A DNA stretch of 64,000 nt from contig DASQJL010000096.1 in assembly GCA_035631035.1 (NCBI GenBank), positions 1,234 to 65,233 on the forward strand, written 5' to 3'. Positions 9,765 to 19,132 of the stretch are shown here, one piece after another. Positions within the stretch are counted from its first letter, which is position 1, and the number at the start of each line of letters is the position of its first letter. The notes under the pieces were generated by a model. The model saw only the letters and a list, made by a program, of their open reading frames with translations, had not been told where the DNA came from and searched no databases. The translations under genes were made by a program, and so were the position numbers. This DNA comes from Candidatus Binatia bacterium. GTDB taxonomy: Bacteria > Eisenbacteria > RBG-16-71-46 > SZUA-252.

Positions 9765-11612
9765 ATGAACGTCGACGCCCCGGGCGTGACACCGCGACCG
9801 CGGATCTCGCTGCTCCTCAAGATCACCGTCCTCACCTCCCTTCCGATTCTCGGCATCATGATGGCCGCGCTCCTCCTCGTGAACCATCGCCTGGCGGGAG
9901 AGGTGAACCGGAACGTGGCCGCCGACCTCCAGCGCGCCGCGCTCGCCTTCGAGAACCAGATGGAGCGGGAGGGGGAGAACCTCGAGCGCGTCGGCGTGGT
10001 CGTGGCGCGCGATCCCAAGTTCTTCGCGCTCCTCACGCTTCCGCGCGGAGACCGGAAGGACGCCGACTTCCAGGCCACGCTGCTCGGCGTGGCGCGGGAC
10101 TTCCAGCACGACGCCGAGGCGCCGCTCTTCGACGTGACCGACGAGCACGGGACACTGCTCGCGAGGGCCGGGCAGGGCGACGATGCCGCCGGCAGAGCTC
10201 CCGGCGCGGGCGCCGACCGGTCCCGATGGCCGCTGGTGCGCGAGGCGCTGGCGGGGCGCGCCGCGCGGGGATATCTGGTGGAAGGGGAGCGCGCCTACCG
10301 CGTGGCCGTGGTCCCCATCGTCGTGGATGGCGCGCTCGCTGGCACGCTGACCCTGGGGCGCACCATCGACGCCGCGCTGGCCGAGCGCCTCAAGGCGACC
10401 ACGCGCAGCGACGTGGTCTTCGTCGTGAACGGAACCGCCTCGATCCGCACGACGCTCCGGAGCTCCCTGGCCGGGCGGCTCGCCGCGCTTCCCCAGAGCC
10501 CGGGCGTGGTCCAGGTGGCCGACGGCGAGCATCGCTTCCTCGCGCTCGCCGGCCGGCTGGAAGGGCCGACCGCCGGCGGACGTGTCGGCTTCGCGCTCCT
10601 TCGGTCCCTGGACCAGGAGACCGCGGTCCTCGGACGCGTGGGCCGCGAGCTCACGATCGCGGGCGCGGCGCTCATCGTGGTCGCCCTCCTCGTCGGCATT
10701 CTCGTCTCGACCGGCGTGACGCGGCCCGTCCGGCGGATCGTCGAGGCCGCGAACGCGATGCGCGGCGGAAACTACGACCTTCCCCTCGACATCCGGTCGG
10801 CCGACGAGATGGGGACGCTGGCCGCCCATTTCGAGGCGATGCGCGCGGCGCAGCGCCACGAGATCGAGCGCCTCGAGGAGATCGACCGCATGAAGTCCGA
10901 CTTCATCGCGATCGCCTCCCACGAGATCCTGACCCCGGTCACCACGATCCGGGCGTTCGCCGACCTCATGGGCGAGGGGGCCGCCGCGAACGACACCGAG
11001 CTGCAGCGGGAAGGGTTCCGGGCGATCCGCGAGGCCGCGGGGTCGCTGACGCGGCTGGCGCGCGACCTCACGAACATGTCGCTGATCGACCGCAAGCGCC
11101 TTCCGCTCCGGCTCGCTTCCGCCGACCTGGGCCTCGTCGCCGAGGAGGTGGCGGTGCGGACCATCGCGCTCGCCGCCGAGCGGCGCCAGGCCGTCTCCCT
11201 GTCGATCGAGCCCGAGCTGCTCCATCCCCGCGTGGACGCGGACTACCTGAGGCAGGCGCTGACCAACATCGCCCAGAACGCCGTGCGCTTCACGCGCGAC
11301 GGCGGCTCGATCGAGATCGGTGCCCGCCGGAACGGCGCGGCCATCGAGATCTACGTCGCCGACTCGGGCATCGGGATCTCGAAGGACGACTTCGAGCGCA
11401 TCTTCTCGAAGATCGTGGAGCTGAAGGACGTGAACCTGCACTCCTCGGGAACGACGGAGTTCAACTCCTCGGGACTCGGCCTGGGCCTCTCCATCGCCCG
11501 CGGCATCGTGGAAGCGCACGGCGGCGAGATCCGGGTGGAAAGCGAGCTGGGGCGCGGGAGCACGTTCACGATCTCGATTCCGGCCGAGGGATCGCTGGAC
11601 CAGGCCGCATAG
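9765..11612 (+). CDS. Sensor histidine kinase (two TM segments, large periplasmic domain, HAMP, HisKA, HATPase_c)
   Basis: H-box SHEILTP. N-, G1- and G2-boxes (NAVRFT, DSGIGI, GLGLGLSI). ATG at 9765 with GGAGG SD. No response regulator is adjacent. Confidence 0.85.
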   Translation: MNVDAPGVTPRPRISLLLKITVLTSLPILGIMMAALLLVNHRLAGEVNRNVAADLQRAALAFENQMEREGENLERVGVVVARDPKFFALLTLPRGDRKDADFQATLLGVARDFQHDAEAPLFDVTDEHGTLLARAGQGDDAAGRAPGAGADRSRWPLVREALAGRAARGYLVEGERAYRVAVVPIVVDGALAGTLTLGRTIDAALAERLKATTRSDVVFVVNGTASIRTTLRSSLAGRLAALPQSPGVVQVADGEHRFLALAGRLEGPTAGGRVGFALLRSLDQETAVLGRVGRELTIAGAALIVVALLVGILVSTGVTRPVRRIVEAANAMRGGNYDLPLDIRSADEMGTLAAHFEAMRAAQRHEIERLEEIDRMKSDFIAIASHEILTPVTTIRAFADLMGEGAAANDTELQREGFRAIREAAGSLTRLARDLTNMSLIDRKRLPLRLASADLGLVAEEVAVRTIALAAERRQAVSLSIEPELLHPRVDADYLRQALTNIAQNAVRFTRDGGSIEIGARRNGAAIEIYVADSGIGISKDDFERIFSKIVELKDVNLHSSGTTEFNSSGLGLGLSIARGIVEAHGGEIRVESELGRGSTFTISIPAEGSLDQAA

Positions 11613-11752
11613 GTCAACCGGCCAAGACAGATGTCGTAAATTCTAGACTACACGCCTAATCCGCTGCACTTCCGCAAGATAACGAATCGCTCCCCGAATC
11701 GTCAATTACAGGCGACAGATCCTGGTCCGTAGAGGTACCCGGGGATCTCGTT

Positions 11753-11782
11753 TTGCATGCTCGGCATGTGCCTGGCATATAG
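11753..11782 (+). promoter_or_regulatory. Possible sigma70-like promoter (TTGCAT ... TATAGC) in the AT-rich kinase-lon spacer
   Basis: Weak match only, in the only low-GC stretch of this part of the window. Confidence 0.2.
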
Positions 11783-11791
11783 CAAGTTGTA

Positions 11792-11826
11792 GCCCCAATT
11801 CGACGGGGCCGTGCAAATGGCACGGC
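11792..11826 (+). promoter_or_regulatory. Two adjacent perfect hairpins (GCCCC-8nt-GGGGC and GCCGTGC-aaatg-GCACGGC)
   Basis: Seen in sequence upstream of the tandem small ORFs. Function unknown (structured leader or processing site). Confidence 0.3.
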
Positions 11827-11909
11827 GGCTGCTCAAGCATGTCTCCGTCGAGGCACTCGCAGACCGCGAGCGACGCAAACCGAAAACCCAAACCAACATG
11901 GGGTGTGAG

Positions 11910-11981
11910 ATGGAAGCTCTCCTTCTGATCGCGTTCGTGATTTCGATGTTCGGTGACGGCGGCGGCAAGGCCGGCTGGTAA
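11910..11981 (+). CDS. Small ORF 1, 23 aa: MEALLLIAFVISMFGDGGGKAGW
   Basis: ATG preceded by GGGGTG. Paralogue of ORF 2, sharing identical LLLIAF and GGKAGW* segments encoded with synonymous differences. A GC hairpin follows it. Confidence 0.5.
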   Translation: MEALLLIAFVISMFGDGGGKAGW

Positions 11982-12044
11982 GCAGCTCGATCCCAAGCGC
12001 AGCTCCAACGCAGCGGACCCCAACCCAAGAGAGGAGGTGGAACA

Positions 12045-12116
12045 GTGGCAACTCTCCTTCTGATCGCTTTCATCGTGGCGCTCGGAAACACGGACGGAGG
12101 TAAGGCAGGTTGGTAA
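12045..12116 (+). CDS. Small ORF 2, 23 aa: (M/V)ATLLLIAFIVALGNTDGGKAGW
   Basis: GTG start with a strong SD (GAGGAGGTG) 7 nt upstream. Its C-terminus is identical to ORF 1 at the amino-acid level but with 4 synonymous codon changes. A hairpin AGCGCCGC-aacgt-AGCGGCGC follows it. Confidence 0.5.
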   Translation: MATLLLIAFIVALGNTDGGKAGW

Positions 12117-12378
12117 GCGGTAGCGCCGCAACGTAGCGGCGCCGTCCGCAGGGAAGGGCGAACCCCTGTGGGCGCTTGAGCGGACCGATGGGCCATCGGA
12201 AGTAGCCCCCCTGGTGGCCCGTCGTTTCGCGTTCGGTGGCGGAATGGAATCCAGGGGGGCGGCTGGCCAGCGGCGGGGGCGTATGATACCGTGGCCGGTC
12301 GTCTCCCAGCCACCGAACACGCACCGCGAAAAAGGGGCGCCGCCGTTGAGCAAACGTACCGCAGCCGAAATCGGGCTG

Positions 12379-14925
12379 ATGCTGCAATGCGATGTCCCCT
12401 CCGAAATTCCGGTGCTCCCTCTCATGAGCACCATCGTCTTTCCCCTCGGCGTCACCTCCATCCAGGTCCGGATCGAGCAGTCCAAAGCCCTCCTTCGCGA
12501 CCACTCCGACCCCGACACGCTCGTGGCCCTGGTCTACAGCCCGGCCAAGCGGGAGGAGGAGATCCGGCCGGAAGACCTGAGCCGGGTGGGACTCTCGGCC
12601 CGGGTCATTCGCATTCTCAACCTCCCCGGCGGAAACGTGCAGGTGACGCTGGAGGGATTGCGCCGGGTCGCCGTCGAGGAGTTCCTGCGCGTGGAGCCCT
12701 ACCTGGTCGCCCGAGTCACCTGCCCCGAGGAGCCGGTCCGGGACCCCGAGCAGGTGCACACCCTGATCCAGCGCATCCTGAAAGCGCTGCGGACTCTGTC
12801 TCAGGTGGACTCGGGCTACCCGGCCGAGCTGGACAACATCTTCAGCATGAACCTGGGAGACCCCGGGCTCTTCGCCGACACCGTTGCCTCGATCGTCCGC
12901 TTCCCGCTCGAGACCAAGAAGCGGGTGATCGAGGCGCTCGATGTCCAGGAGCGCCTCTCCCTGGTGGCCGAGGCGATCGACTCCGAGATCGCGCGCCTGA
13001 GCGTGGCCGAGGACGTCGTCCGGCGCACCAGCGCCCAGATGGAGAAGACCCAACGCGAGTTCTTCCTCCGCCAGCAGCTGATGGAGATCCGCCGGCTCCT
13101 GGGCGAGGACGACCCCCAGGAGATGCTGGTCCGCCAGATCCTGGACCGTTCGGACAGCCTGGCGCTCCCCTCCCACGTGCGGTCGGTGGTCCAGGAAGAG
13201 GCGAGCCGTCTCCGCCTCCTGCCTCCCACCGCGCAGGAGTCGGGAGTGATCCGGAACTACGTCGAGTGGGTCCTGTCGCTCCCCTGGACGCGCGACAAGC
13301 CGCACGACATCCGGCTGGAGGACGTGCAGCGCCGGTTGAACGAGGAGCACTTCGGCCTGGAGAAGGTGAAGGAGCGGATCCTCGAGTACTTATCCGTCCT
13401 CAAGCTGAAGAACGACATGCACGGTCCCATCCTCTGCTTCGCGGGACCCCCCGGCACCGGCAAGACCTCCCTCGGCGCCTCGATCGCGCGCGCGATGGGG
13501 CGCTCGTTCGTGCGGATGAGCGTGGGCGGCGTGCGCGATGAGGCCGAGATCCGCGGGCACCGGCGCACCTACGTCGGATCCCGCCCCGGGAAGATCCTCC
13601 GATCCCTTCGCGACGCGCGCTCCTCCAGCCCCGTGTTCATGATCGACGAGATCGACAAGCTGGGGCACGACTCCGACGGCGACCCCGCGTCGGCGCTGCT
13701 CGAGGTGCTGGACCCGGAGCAGAACCAGCACTTCGTGGACCACTTCATCGAGATCCCCTTCGACCTCTCCGATGTCCTCTTCATCACGACGGCCAACGTG
13801 CTCGACTTCATCCCCGGCGCCCTCCTCGACCGGTTGGAAGTGATCACCATCCCCGGCTACATGGAGGAGGAGAAGCTGGAGATCGCGCGGCGCCACCTGG
13901 TGCCCCGGGAATCGAAGGAGCATGGGCTGGCCGCGACCGACATCGCTTTCGACGACGCGGCGCTGATCAAGATCATCCGCGAGTACACGCGCGAGGCGGG
14001 CGTGCGGCAGCTGGAGCGCGCCATCGACACCTTCTGCCGCAAGGCGGCGCGGCAGCGCACGACCGGGTACACCGGCGACTGGCGCTTCTCGGTCGCGGAC
14101 GTCGAGCCGATCCTGGGCCCTCCCTACATCGTTCCCGACGTGGCGGAGGGGCACGCCGAGGTGGGCGTGGCCACCGGCCTCGCCTGGACGGCGACCGGTG
14201 GAGACCTGCTCCTCATCGAGGCGCTCAAGATGCGCGGCGCCGGGCGCGTCATCGTGACCGGACAGCTCGGCGACGTGATGAAAGAGTCGGTGCAGGCCGC
14301 CCACTCCTACGTTCGCGCGCGCGCGGAGCTGCTCGGGATCAACCCGCAGCTGTTCGACGACTACGATCTCCACATCCATTTCCCGGAGGGAGCGGTTCCC
14401 AAGGACGGTCCCTCGGCTGGGATCACGATCGTGATGGCGATCGCTTCGGCGCTGGCCGAGGCGCCGATCCGAAACGACGTGGCGATGACGGGAGAGGTGA
14501 CCCTCCGCGGCAAGGTGCTCGCCGTGGGCGGACTCAAGGAAAAGGTCATGGCCGCCTATCGCGCGGGGATCAAGACGGTCGTCTTCCCCGCGGACAATCA
14601 GAAGGACCTGGTCGAGATTCCCGAGTCGATCCGCTCCAAGCTCACCTTCGTCGCGGTGAGCACCGTGGACGAAGTCTTCCAGCACGCTTTCGCCGGCGTG
14701 GCCGAGCGGATCGCCCAGCTCGAGGCGCGGCGCAAGGCGCGCGAGGCGCTCAAGGCGAGGAAGGGGAAGGCGGCGAAGGAGAAGGCGGCGCGGCGGAGCA
14801 ACGGCAAGGCTCCGCGACGCGCGCGCCTCCCCAAGGCTGCGGGCGCCACGCAGGACGGCAAGCCGGCGCGCGGTAAGAACGGCCGGAACGGACCGGCGTC
14901 GCGCCCGCCTCATCGTTCCCGGTAG
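12379..14925 (+). CDS. lon: ATP-dependent Lon protease (LonA) with an unusual Lys/Arg/Ala-rich C-terminal tail of about 65 aa
   Basis: N-terminal [14 protein letters not shown]. Walker [10 protein letters not shown]. Catalytic Ser-Lys ([14 protein letters not shown]). The start could alternatively be the upstream TTG at 12348. Confidence 0.9.
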   Translation: MLQCDVPSEIPVLPLMSTIVFPLGVTSIQVRIEQSKALLRDHSDPDTLVALVYSPAKREEEIRPEDLSRVGLSARVIRILNLPGGNVQVTLEGLRRVAVEEFLRVEPYLVARVTCPEEPVRDPEQVHTLIQRILKALRTLSQVDSGYPAELDNIFSMNLGDPGLFADTVASIVRFPLETKKRVIEALDVQERLSLVAEAIDSEIARLSVAEDVVRRTSAQMEKTQREFFLRQQLMEIRRLLGEDDPQEMLVRQILDRSDSLALPSHVRSVVQEEASRLRLLPPTAQESGVIRNYVEWVLSLPWTRDKPHDIRLEDVQRRLNEEHFGLEKVKERILEYLSVLKLKNDMHGPILCFAGPPGTGKTSLGASIARAMGRSFVRMSVGGVRDEAEIRGHRRTYVGSRPGKILRSLRDARSSSPVFMIDEIDKLGHDSDGDPASALLEVLDPEQNQHFVDHFIEIPFDLSDVLFITTANVLDFIPGALLDRLEVITIPGYMEEEKLEIARRHLVPRESKEHGLAATDIAFDDAALIKIIREYTREAGVRQLERAIDTFCRKAARQRTTGYTGDWRFSVADVEPILGPPYIVPDVAEGHAEVGVATGLAWTATGGDLLLIEALKMRGAGRVIVTGQLGDVMKESVQAAHSYVRARAELLGINPQLFDDYDLHIHFPEGAVPKDGPSAGITIVMAIASALAEAPIRNDVAMTGEVTLRGKVLAVGGLKEKVMAAYRAGIKTVVFPADNQKDLVEIPESIRSKLTFVAVSTVDEVFQHAFAGVAERIAQLEARRKAREALKARKGKAAKEKAARRSNGKAPRRARLPKAAGATQDGKPARGKNGRNGPASRPPHRSR

Positions 14926-14989
14926 CTGCCCGCGTTTCACGACGGCCGCGCGCCCGCCGCGCGCCGCCGCCAGGTTCACCGGACCGACG

Positions 14990-15304
14990 TCACCGCGCGG
15001 GCGCCTCCACGGATCGCCCTCCCACCGATTCGAGCACGATCCAGGTCGAGAGGATGACGAAGGTCGCCCGGACGTCCGCGCCGGGCGCCGCCACGAAGAC
15101 CACCCACGCCTGGGCGGCCGCGAGCGCCACGAACGCCGCGGTCCGGAGCGCCGCGGCCCTTCCGTGTCTCAGGGCCGCGACGTAGATCGCGGCGCCGAGG
15201 AGAATGCCGTGGAAGGGCGCGACGCCCCAGGAGCGCGGCGCGGCGAGCGCGAGGGCCAGCCCCAGGGCCGCCGAAATCACGAGCATCGCGACACGCGGGG
15301 CCAT
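14990..15304 (-). CDS. Small hydrophobic membrane protein (104 aa)
   Basis: Three predicted TM helices. Its start is 3 nt downstream of the lipoprotein stop, suggesting an operon. Confidence 0.5.
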   Translation of the reverse strand: MAPRVAMLVISAALGLALALAAPRSWGVAPFHGILLGAAIYVAALRHGRAAALRTAAFVALAAAQAWVVFVAAPGADVRATFVILSTWIVLESVGGRSVEAPAR

Positions 15305-15307
15305 GGG

Positions 15308-16042
15308 TCACTTGTCCCGGAGGAAGTCGGCGACGCAGGAGACGCCGCCGGCGGCCGCGCCGATGCCGCATCCGATCGCCGCGGCGTGGGGCGAGCCGGG
15401 CACCAGCTCTTCGGCGATGGTGGCGCCCGCGGCGCAGCCGGTCGGCATCCGCTGGGCGATGCAGTCGAACAGCTTGGTCCATTGCCGGCGCACCGGCGCC
15501 TGGTGCGCGCCTCCGGCAGGAAGGACCCACGCGTCGCCCGATCGCACCCAGGCGATCTGATTTCCCCACACGACGGAGTGGTATCCGATCTCGTCGGCGT
15601 TGGGCTCGCGGCCCATGATCATCTCCGCGAACTCGGCCGCCTGCTGATCGTTCCCCTCGGCCACGGAAACGAACACGGCGCGCGTCGGGTCGCCGTTCAC
15701 CGCGAAGGGAAGAATGGTGAGTCCGAGCGGCCCCATGTCCTCGACCTCGCCGACGGCGCGCACCGCGAGATCGAATCGGGGCTTGAGTCCCGCGATCGGC
15801 GCCTGGCTCAGCGCGCGCTGAACCAGGGGATTCCTCCCCGCCGCCTGCACCGCGCCGGCGAGCGCGGCGGGCTCCCAGACCCAGCGCGCGCCGCTCACCT
15901 GCGGCGCGTCGGACGGCAGATCCGGCGCCGCGATCCGCCGCTCCCCCTTGTTCGAGCACGCGCTCGTGAGGAGGAGAAGCGGAAGGACCGCGGCCACTCC
16001 CGCGACCAGTCCGCGAGAGACTTCCAGGTGAACCCTTCTCAT
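15308..16042 (-). CDS. Lipoprotein, hypothetical
   Basis: Start MRRVHLEVSRGLVAGVAAVLPLLLLTSAC with a lipobox and a GGAAAGGGG SD. The rest of the 922-aa ORF-track entry is an upstream read-through artefact. Confidence 0.6.
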   Translation of the reverse strand: MRRVHLEVSRGLVAGVAAVLPLLLLTSACSNKGERRIAAPDLPSDAPQVSGARWVWEPAALAGAVQAAGRNPLVQRALSQAPIAGLKPRFDLAVRAVGEVEDMGPLGLTILPFAVNGDPTRAVFVSVAEGNDQQAAEFAEMIMGREPNADEIGYHSVVWGNQIAWVRSGDAWVLPAGGAHQAPVRRQWTKLFDCIAQRMPTGCAAGATIAEELVPGSPHAAAIGCGIGAAAGGVSCVADFLRDK

Positions 16043-16263
16043 ACGGCACCCCTTTCCTGTCGCGCGGCATGCGCGCGGAGTGGCGCCGAAGAGTGAAGAG
16101 GAGACGAGTGCGCGAGAGCAGAAAACGTTCCAGAGGAGGGAGGCGAACACGGACCCGCCCGGCCGGCGCGAGCGCGTGCGTCCTTGAGGTTGTGCCGGCA
16201 GTCGGCGGGAGACGCGGGACGCCGCGCGGGGCACGCGCGTCGGAGCCCTGACGGCGCCGGAGT

Positions 16264-19050
16264 CTAGGGGAGGATCGAGATCCGCTTTCCGAGCGAGACC
16301 TCGACGGCCTCGTCGGTGTCGTGCGTCCCTTCGGGAATGAGCCGCCAGATGCGCTCCACCCGCCCCTGGATGGAAAGGGCGGCATCGCCGAGGCCGGGCA
16401 CGCGCAGGAAGGAGATCTGGAGCCGGCCGCCCGCGCGGTCCTCGCTGCGACCCTGCAGCTCGTAGTCGCGGGAGATGTACGAGAGGAAGGGTGTCACGAG
16501 GAGGCGGCTCGGCGACGCCTCCCAGCGCACTTCGAGGGTTCCCTGGATCGTCATGTCTCTCAAGTGGAGGTCGCGGTTTTCGTCGCGCTCGATGCCGCCC
16601 GAGATCGTGCTCGTCACGCGGCCCGGATGGCGCCGCATCGACACGACGGAGCCCGCGAGCACGCGGCGCTTCACGTTGACGCCCTTCTCGTCGTCGAAGG
16701 TCCCCACGTCGAAGCGCGCGGTCGTCCGTCCGCCCATCGGCTCCGATGCCGTGAATTCGGTGGCGAGCCGGGTCTGGGTGAAGTCGGTCTGCGATCCGGT
16801 CTGCCGGATGCGGATGATCGAGGGCGAGACCCAGCTGTCCTGGTTGAGCGAGAACGTGGCCCCGGCGCTCATCCGCTCGGCCGTGACCGGCGGCGCGCCC
16901 GAGGAGGCGTCTTCGGGGCGCTCGCGCCGATAGTTGGCGAAGGCCTTCCAGCGAAGGACCGGGCGGGCCAGGTCCACCGCGAACCCCTTGCGGTCGGAGA
17001 TGGCGTAGGGGTTCAGGGCGGTGGCCAGCGAGGGCTGGTAGCGGAACGCCTCGGCGCGCGCCTGGAACCGCGCGACGGTCCCCGTGATCTCGCCCCGCGC
17101 CCCGGTGCGCGTGCGTCCGGTCTCCACGCCCGCGATCGTCCGGTGGCGCACGCTGGCGATGTCGGCGAGGAGGCTCCACCGCGCCAGGATCAGCGAGGCC
17201 GAGCCGCCGTAGATCACCCGCGCGTGGGTGGCCGTCTCCGCGCCGCCCGGGGTGGCGTCCTCGTGCGTGTAGCCGCCGTAGAGCGAGGCGCGCAGACGAT
17301 CGGGCAGGAGCACGCGCGTGAGCCGCGCCGCGTAGAGATCGGACCGCGCGTCCCGAAGCGGGCCGCCCGCCGAGCGGGGGTGCGATTCGAGCGCCATGTA
17401 GCCCTCGAACGTGCCGAGGGTGGGGCTGGTGAGCATCGCCTGGGAGGCGCGGCGCGGAACCGGGCTCGCGAGAAGGGGCGCCCCCGAAGCGAGCGCGGGA
17501 GCCAGATCGCCCCATTCCACCGCGGCGTGCGTCGACTGGTACCGCGCCAGGAATTGCTCCGGCGACGCGCTCCCGTTCTGCACGTCGTCGAAGCGGACGC
17601 GGCTCGTCACGCGCGCCTCCAGGCTCTTCGTCGCGGAGAGCCCATAGTGCCCGCGGAAGGACGCCCAGCCGGTGACCGCGCTCCCTTCGTCGCGGAACTC
17701 GGACCGGCCGTCCGCGAGCCACGTGCTCTGCAGGCTGACGCGCGACGTGTCGGGGAGGGCCGCCGGGGGCGCGGGACCGCGAGGCGTGAGCCCGTTCGCG
17801 GGCGGCGCCGAGAGGAACGTGATCGGCTGGGCGGCCACCGTCTGCGGCGACTCGACCACGAACTGCAGACGATGCTCGCCGAACCGCCGGGTAGGAATCG
17901 AGCCGCGGGTCTCCACGACCACCGGCCGCCCCGACTCCATGAACCCCTCCTCGAACGCCACCGCCTCGCCGTCCAGGTAAAAGACCGAGCGGAAGTACCC
18001 CGTCCCGTCGCCGATCACCACGGCGCGCGGCTTCAGCGTGTCGCCCGCGCCGAAAACCGCGCCCGGAAGGGGCCATTCGAGGACGGCCGAGCGGATCACG
18101 GCGTTTCCGGCCAGTGCCGGCGTGAGGGCGACGGTGACCGGGCCGTTGAACGCGTCGAGCGTGGCGGGAACCTGCGTCTCGTCGACTCCGAGATAGGTGA
18201 TGCGGAGCGCGAGCCGGCCGTCGGGTGATTGCCGCGCCACGTCGCCGGGGACGGTGACCGGCACGCTGACGGTCGCGATCCCCTCGCGAGGGATCACGAA
18301 CGCCACGGGCACGGTCACGTCGAGCGCCGGAGCGCCCAACGCATCGGCCGTGGGCCAGATCTCGATATGCGCCGACGTGAGGTTGACCGCGTTGCCGGAC
18401 GTTTCCTGGAAGGTGGTGGTCACCGGGGTCGGCTCGCCGGGGACCAGCGTGAGCGACGTGGGCTGGGAGATCCGCTTCACCACCGCCGGCGGGAAGGTGC
18501 GGAAGTAGACGATCGGCTGGTCTCCCGCGGTGGCCGAATCGGGAGGCGGCCCCACGATCAGATTCACGCGCATGCCGTGCTGGTGTCCGAGCGTCATCGG
18601 CTGGGTCGGCTTGATGAACACGGTGTCGCCCAGCGCCGACCAGGTCGGCGTGTTCAGGTTGAGGAGCACGCCGTTCAGGGAATCGAGATCCGCGACGGAG
18701 AAGATGCCGCGCTTGGAGGTCGCCTGGTCGAAGACGAAGTAGAGGGTCGCGTTGGCGGCGACGTGGTTGTCGCCATCGCGCGGATAGCTGTCGATCATGC
18801 GGGGGGGAAGCGCCGCGCCGGCGCCGGGAAGGGCCGGGGTCTTCGGGAGGAGCGCCGCCGGAGTCCCGAACGGAGTCGCGAACGGCCGCTCCGCACCGAT
18901 ATCCCTGGAGTGATCGCGCGCGGGTGCGGTCACCGCAGGCGCCCTGCCACGGGGCGCCGCGTCCGCTCGCGGCGTCGCGAGCGCCGCCATCGCGAGCAGG
19001 GTCAGGAACGCCGCTCCCTGGAGAGACCGGTGCCGAACGGCGGAACGCAT
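16264..19050 (-). CDS. Large exported protein: N-terminal Ig-like domain plus C-terminal beta-barrel-like domain (putative outer-membrane protein)
   Basis: Signal peptide MRSAVRHRSLQGAAFLTLLAMAALATPRADA. SbsA-Ig-like segment (MIDSYPRDGDNHVAANATLYFVFDQ). The C-terminal 450 aa show alternating hydrophobic beta-strand periodicity rich in R/Y/T/S. Confidence 0.65.
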   Translation of the reverse strand: MRSAVRHRSLQGAAFLTLLAMAALATPRADAAPRGRAPAVTAPARDHSRDIGAERPFATPFGTPAALLPKTPALPGAGAALPPRMIDSYPRDGDNHVAANATLYFVFDQATSKRGIFSVADLDSLNGVLLNLNTPTWSALGDTVFIKPTQPMTLGHQHGMRVNLIVGPPPDSATAGDQPIVYFRTFPPAVVKRISQPTSLTLVPGEPTPVTTTFQETSGNAVNLTSAHIEIWPTADALGAPALDVTVPVAFVIPREGIATVSVPVTVPGDVARQSPDGRLALRITYLGVDETQVPATLDAFNGPVTVALTPALAGNAVIRSAVLEWPLPGAVFGAGDTLKPRAVVIGDGTGYFRSVFYLDGEAVAFEEGFMESGRPVVVETRGSIPTRRFGEHRLQFVVESPQTVAAQPITFLSAPPANGLTPRGPAPPAALPDTSRVSLQSTWLADGRSEFRDEGSAVTGWASFRGHYGLSATKSLEARVTSRVRFDDVQNGSASPEQFLARYQSTHAAVEWGDLAPALASGAPLLASPVPRRASQAMLTSPTLGTFEGYMALESHPRSAGGPLRDARSDLYAARLTRVLLPDRLRASLYGGYTHEDATPGGAETATHARVIYGGSASLILARWSLLADIASVRHRTIAGVETGRTRTGARGEITGTVARFQARAEAFRYQPSLATALNPYAISDRKGFAVDLARPVLRWKAFANYRRERPEDASSGAPPVTAERMSAGATFSLNQDSWVSPSIIRIRQTGSQTDFTQTRLATEFTASEPMGGRTTARFDVGTFDDEKGVNVKRRVLAGSVVSMRRHPGRVTSTISGGIERDENRDLHLRDMTIQGTLEVRWEASPSRLLVTPFLSYISRDYELQGRSEDRAGGRLQISFLRVPGLGDAALSIQGRVERIWRLIPEGTHDTDEAVEVSLGKRISILP

Positions 19051-19132
19051 ACGGATCAGGAGCGTCGTCTCCTCAGAGGCGCCGGGAATGGGGTTGCGGG
19101 ACCAGAGCGGCCAACCGTATCATGGAGGGTCT

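Noticed and set aside
9597-11659. 640-aa minus-strand ORF and 675-aa + ORF overlapping the histidine kinase
   Set aside because: They are alternative frames or antisense of the kinase gene, with extreme Arg/Gly bias and no domains.
11765-11790. Sigma54-like TGGCAT...AGC element
   Set aside because: The GG-to-GC spacing is 8 nt rather than the required 10-11 nt.
12070-14979. Minus-strand ORFs of 426 and 529 aa opposite lon
   Set aside because: They are antisense to Lon, which carries all the canonical motifs.
15308-18076. 922-aa minus-strand ORF
   Set aside because: Only the last 245 codons (a lipoprotein with an SD and lipobox) are credible. The rest is a different-frame overlap of the 16264-19050 gene.
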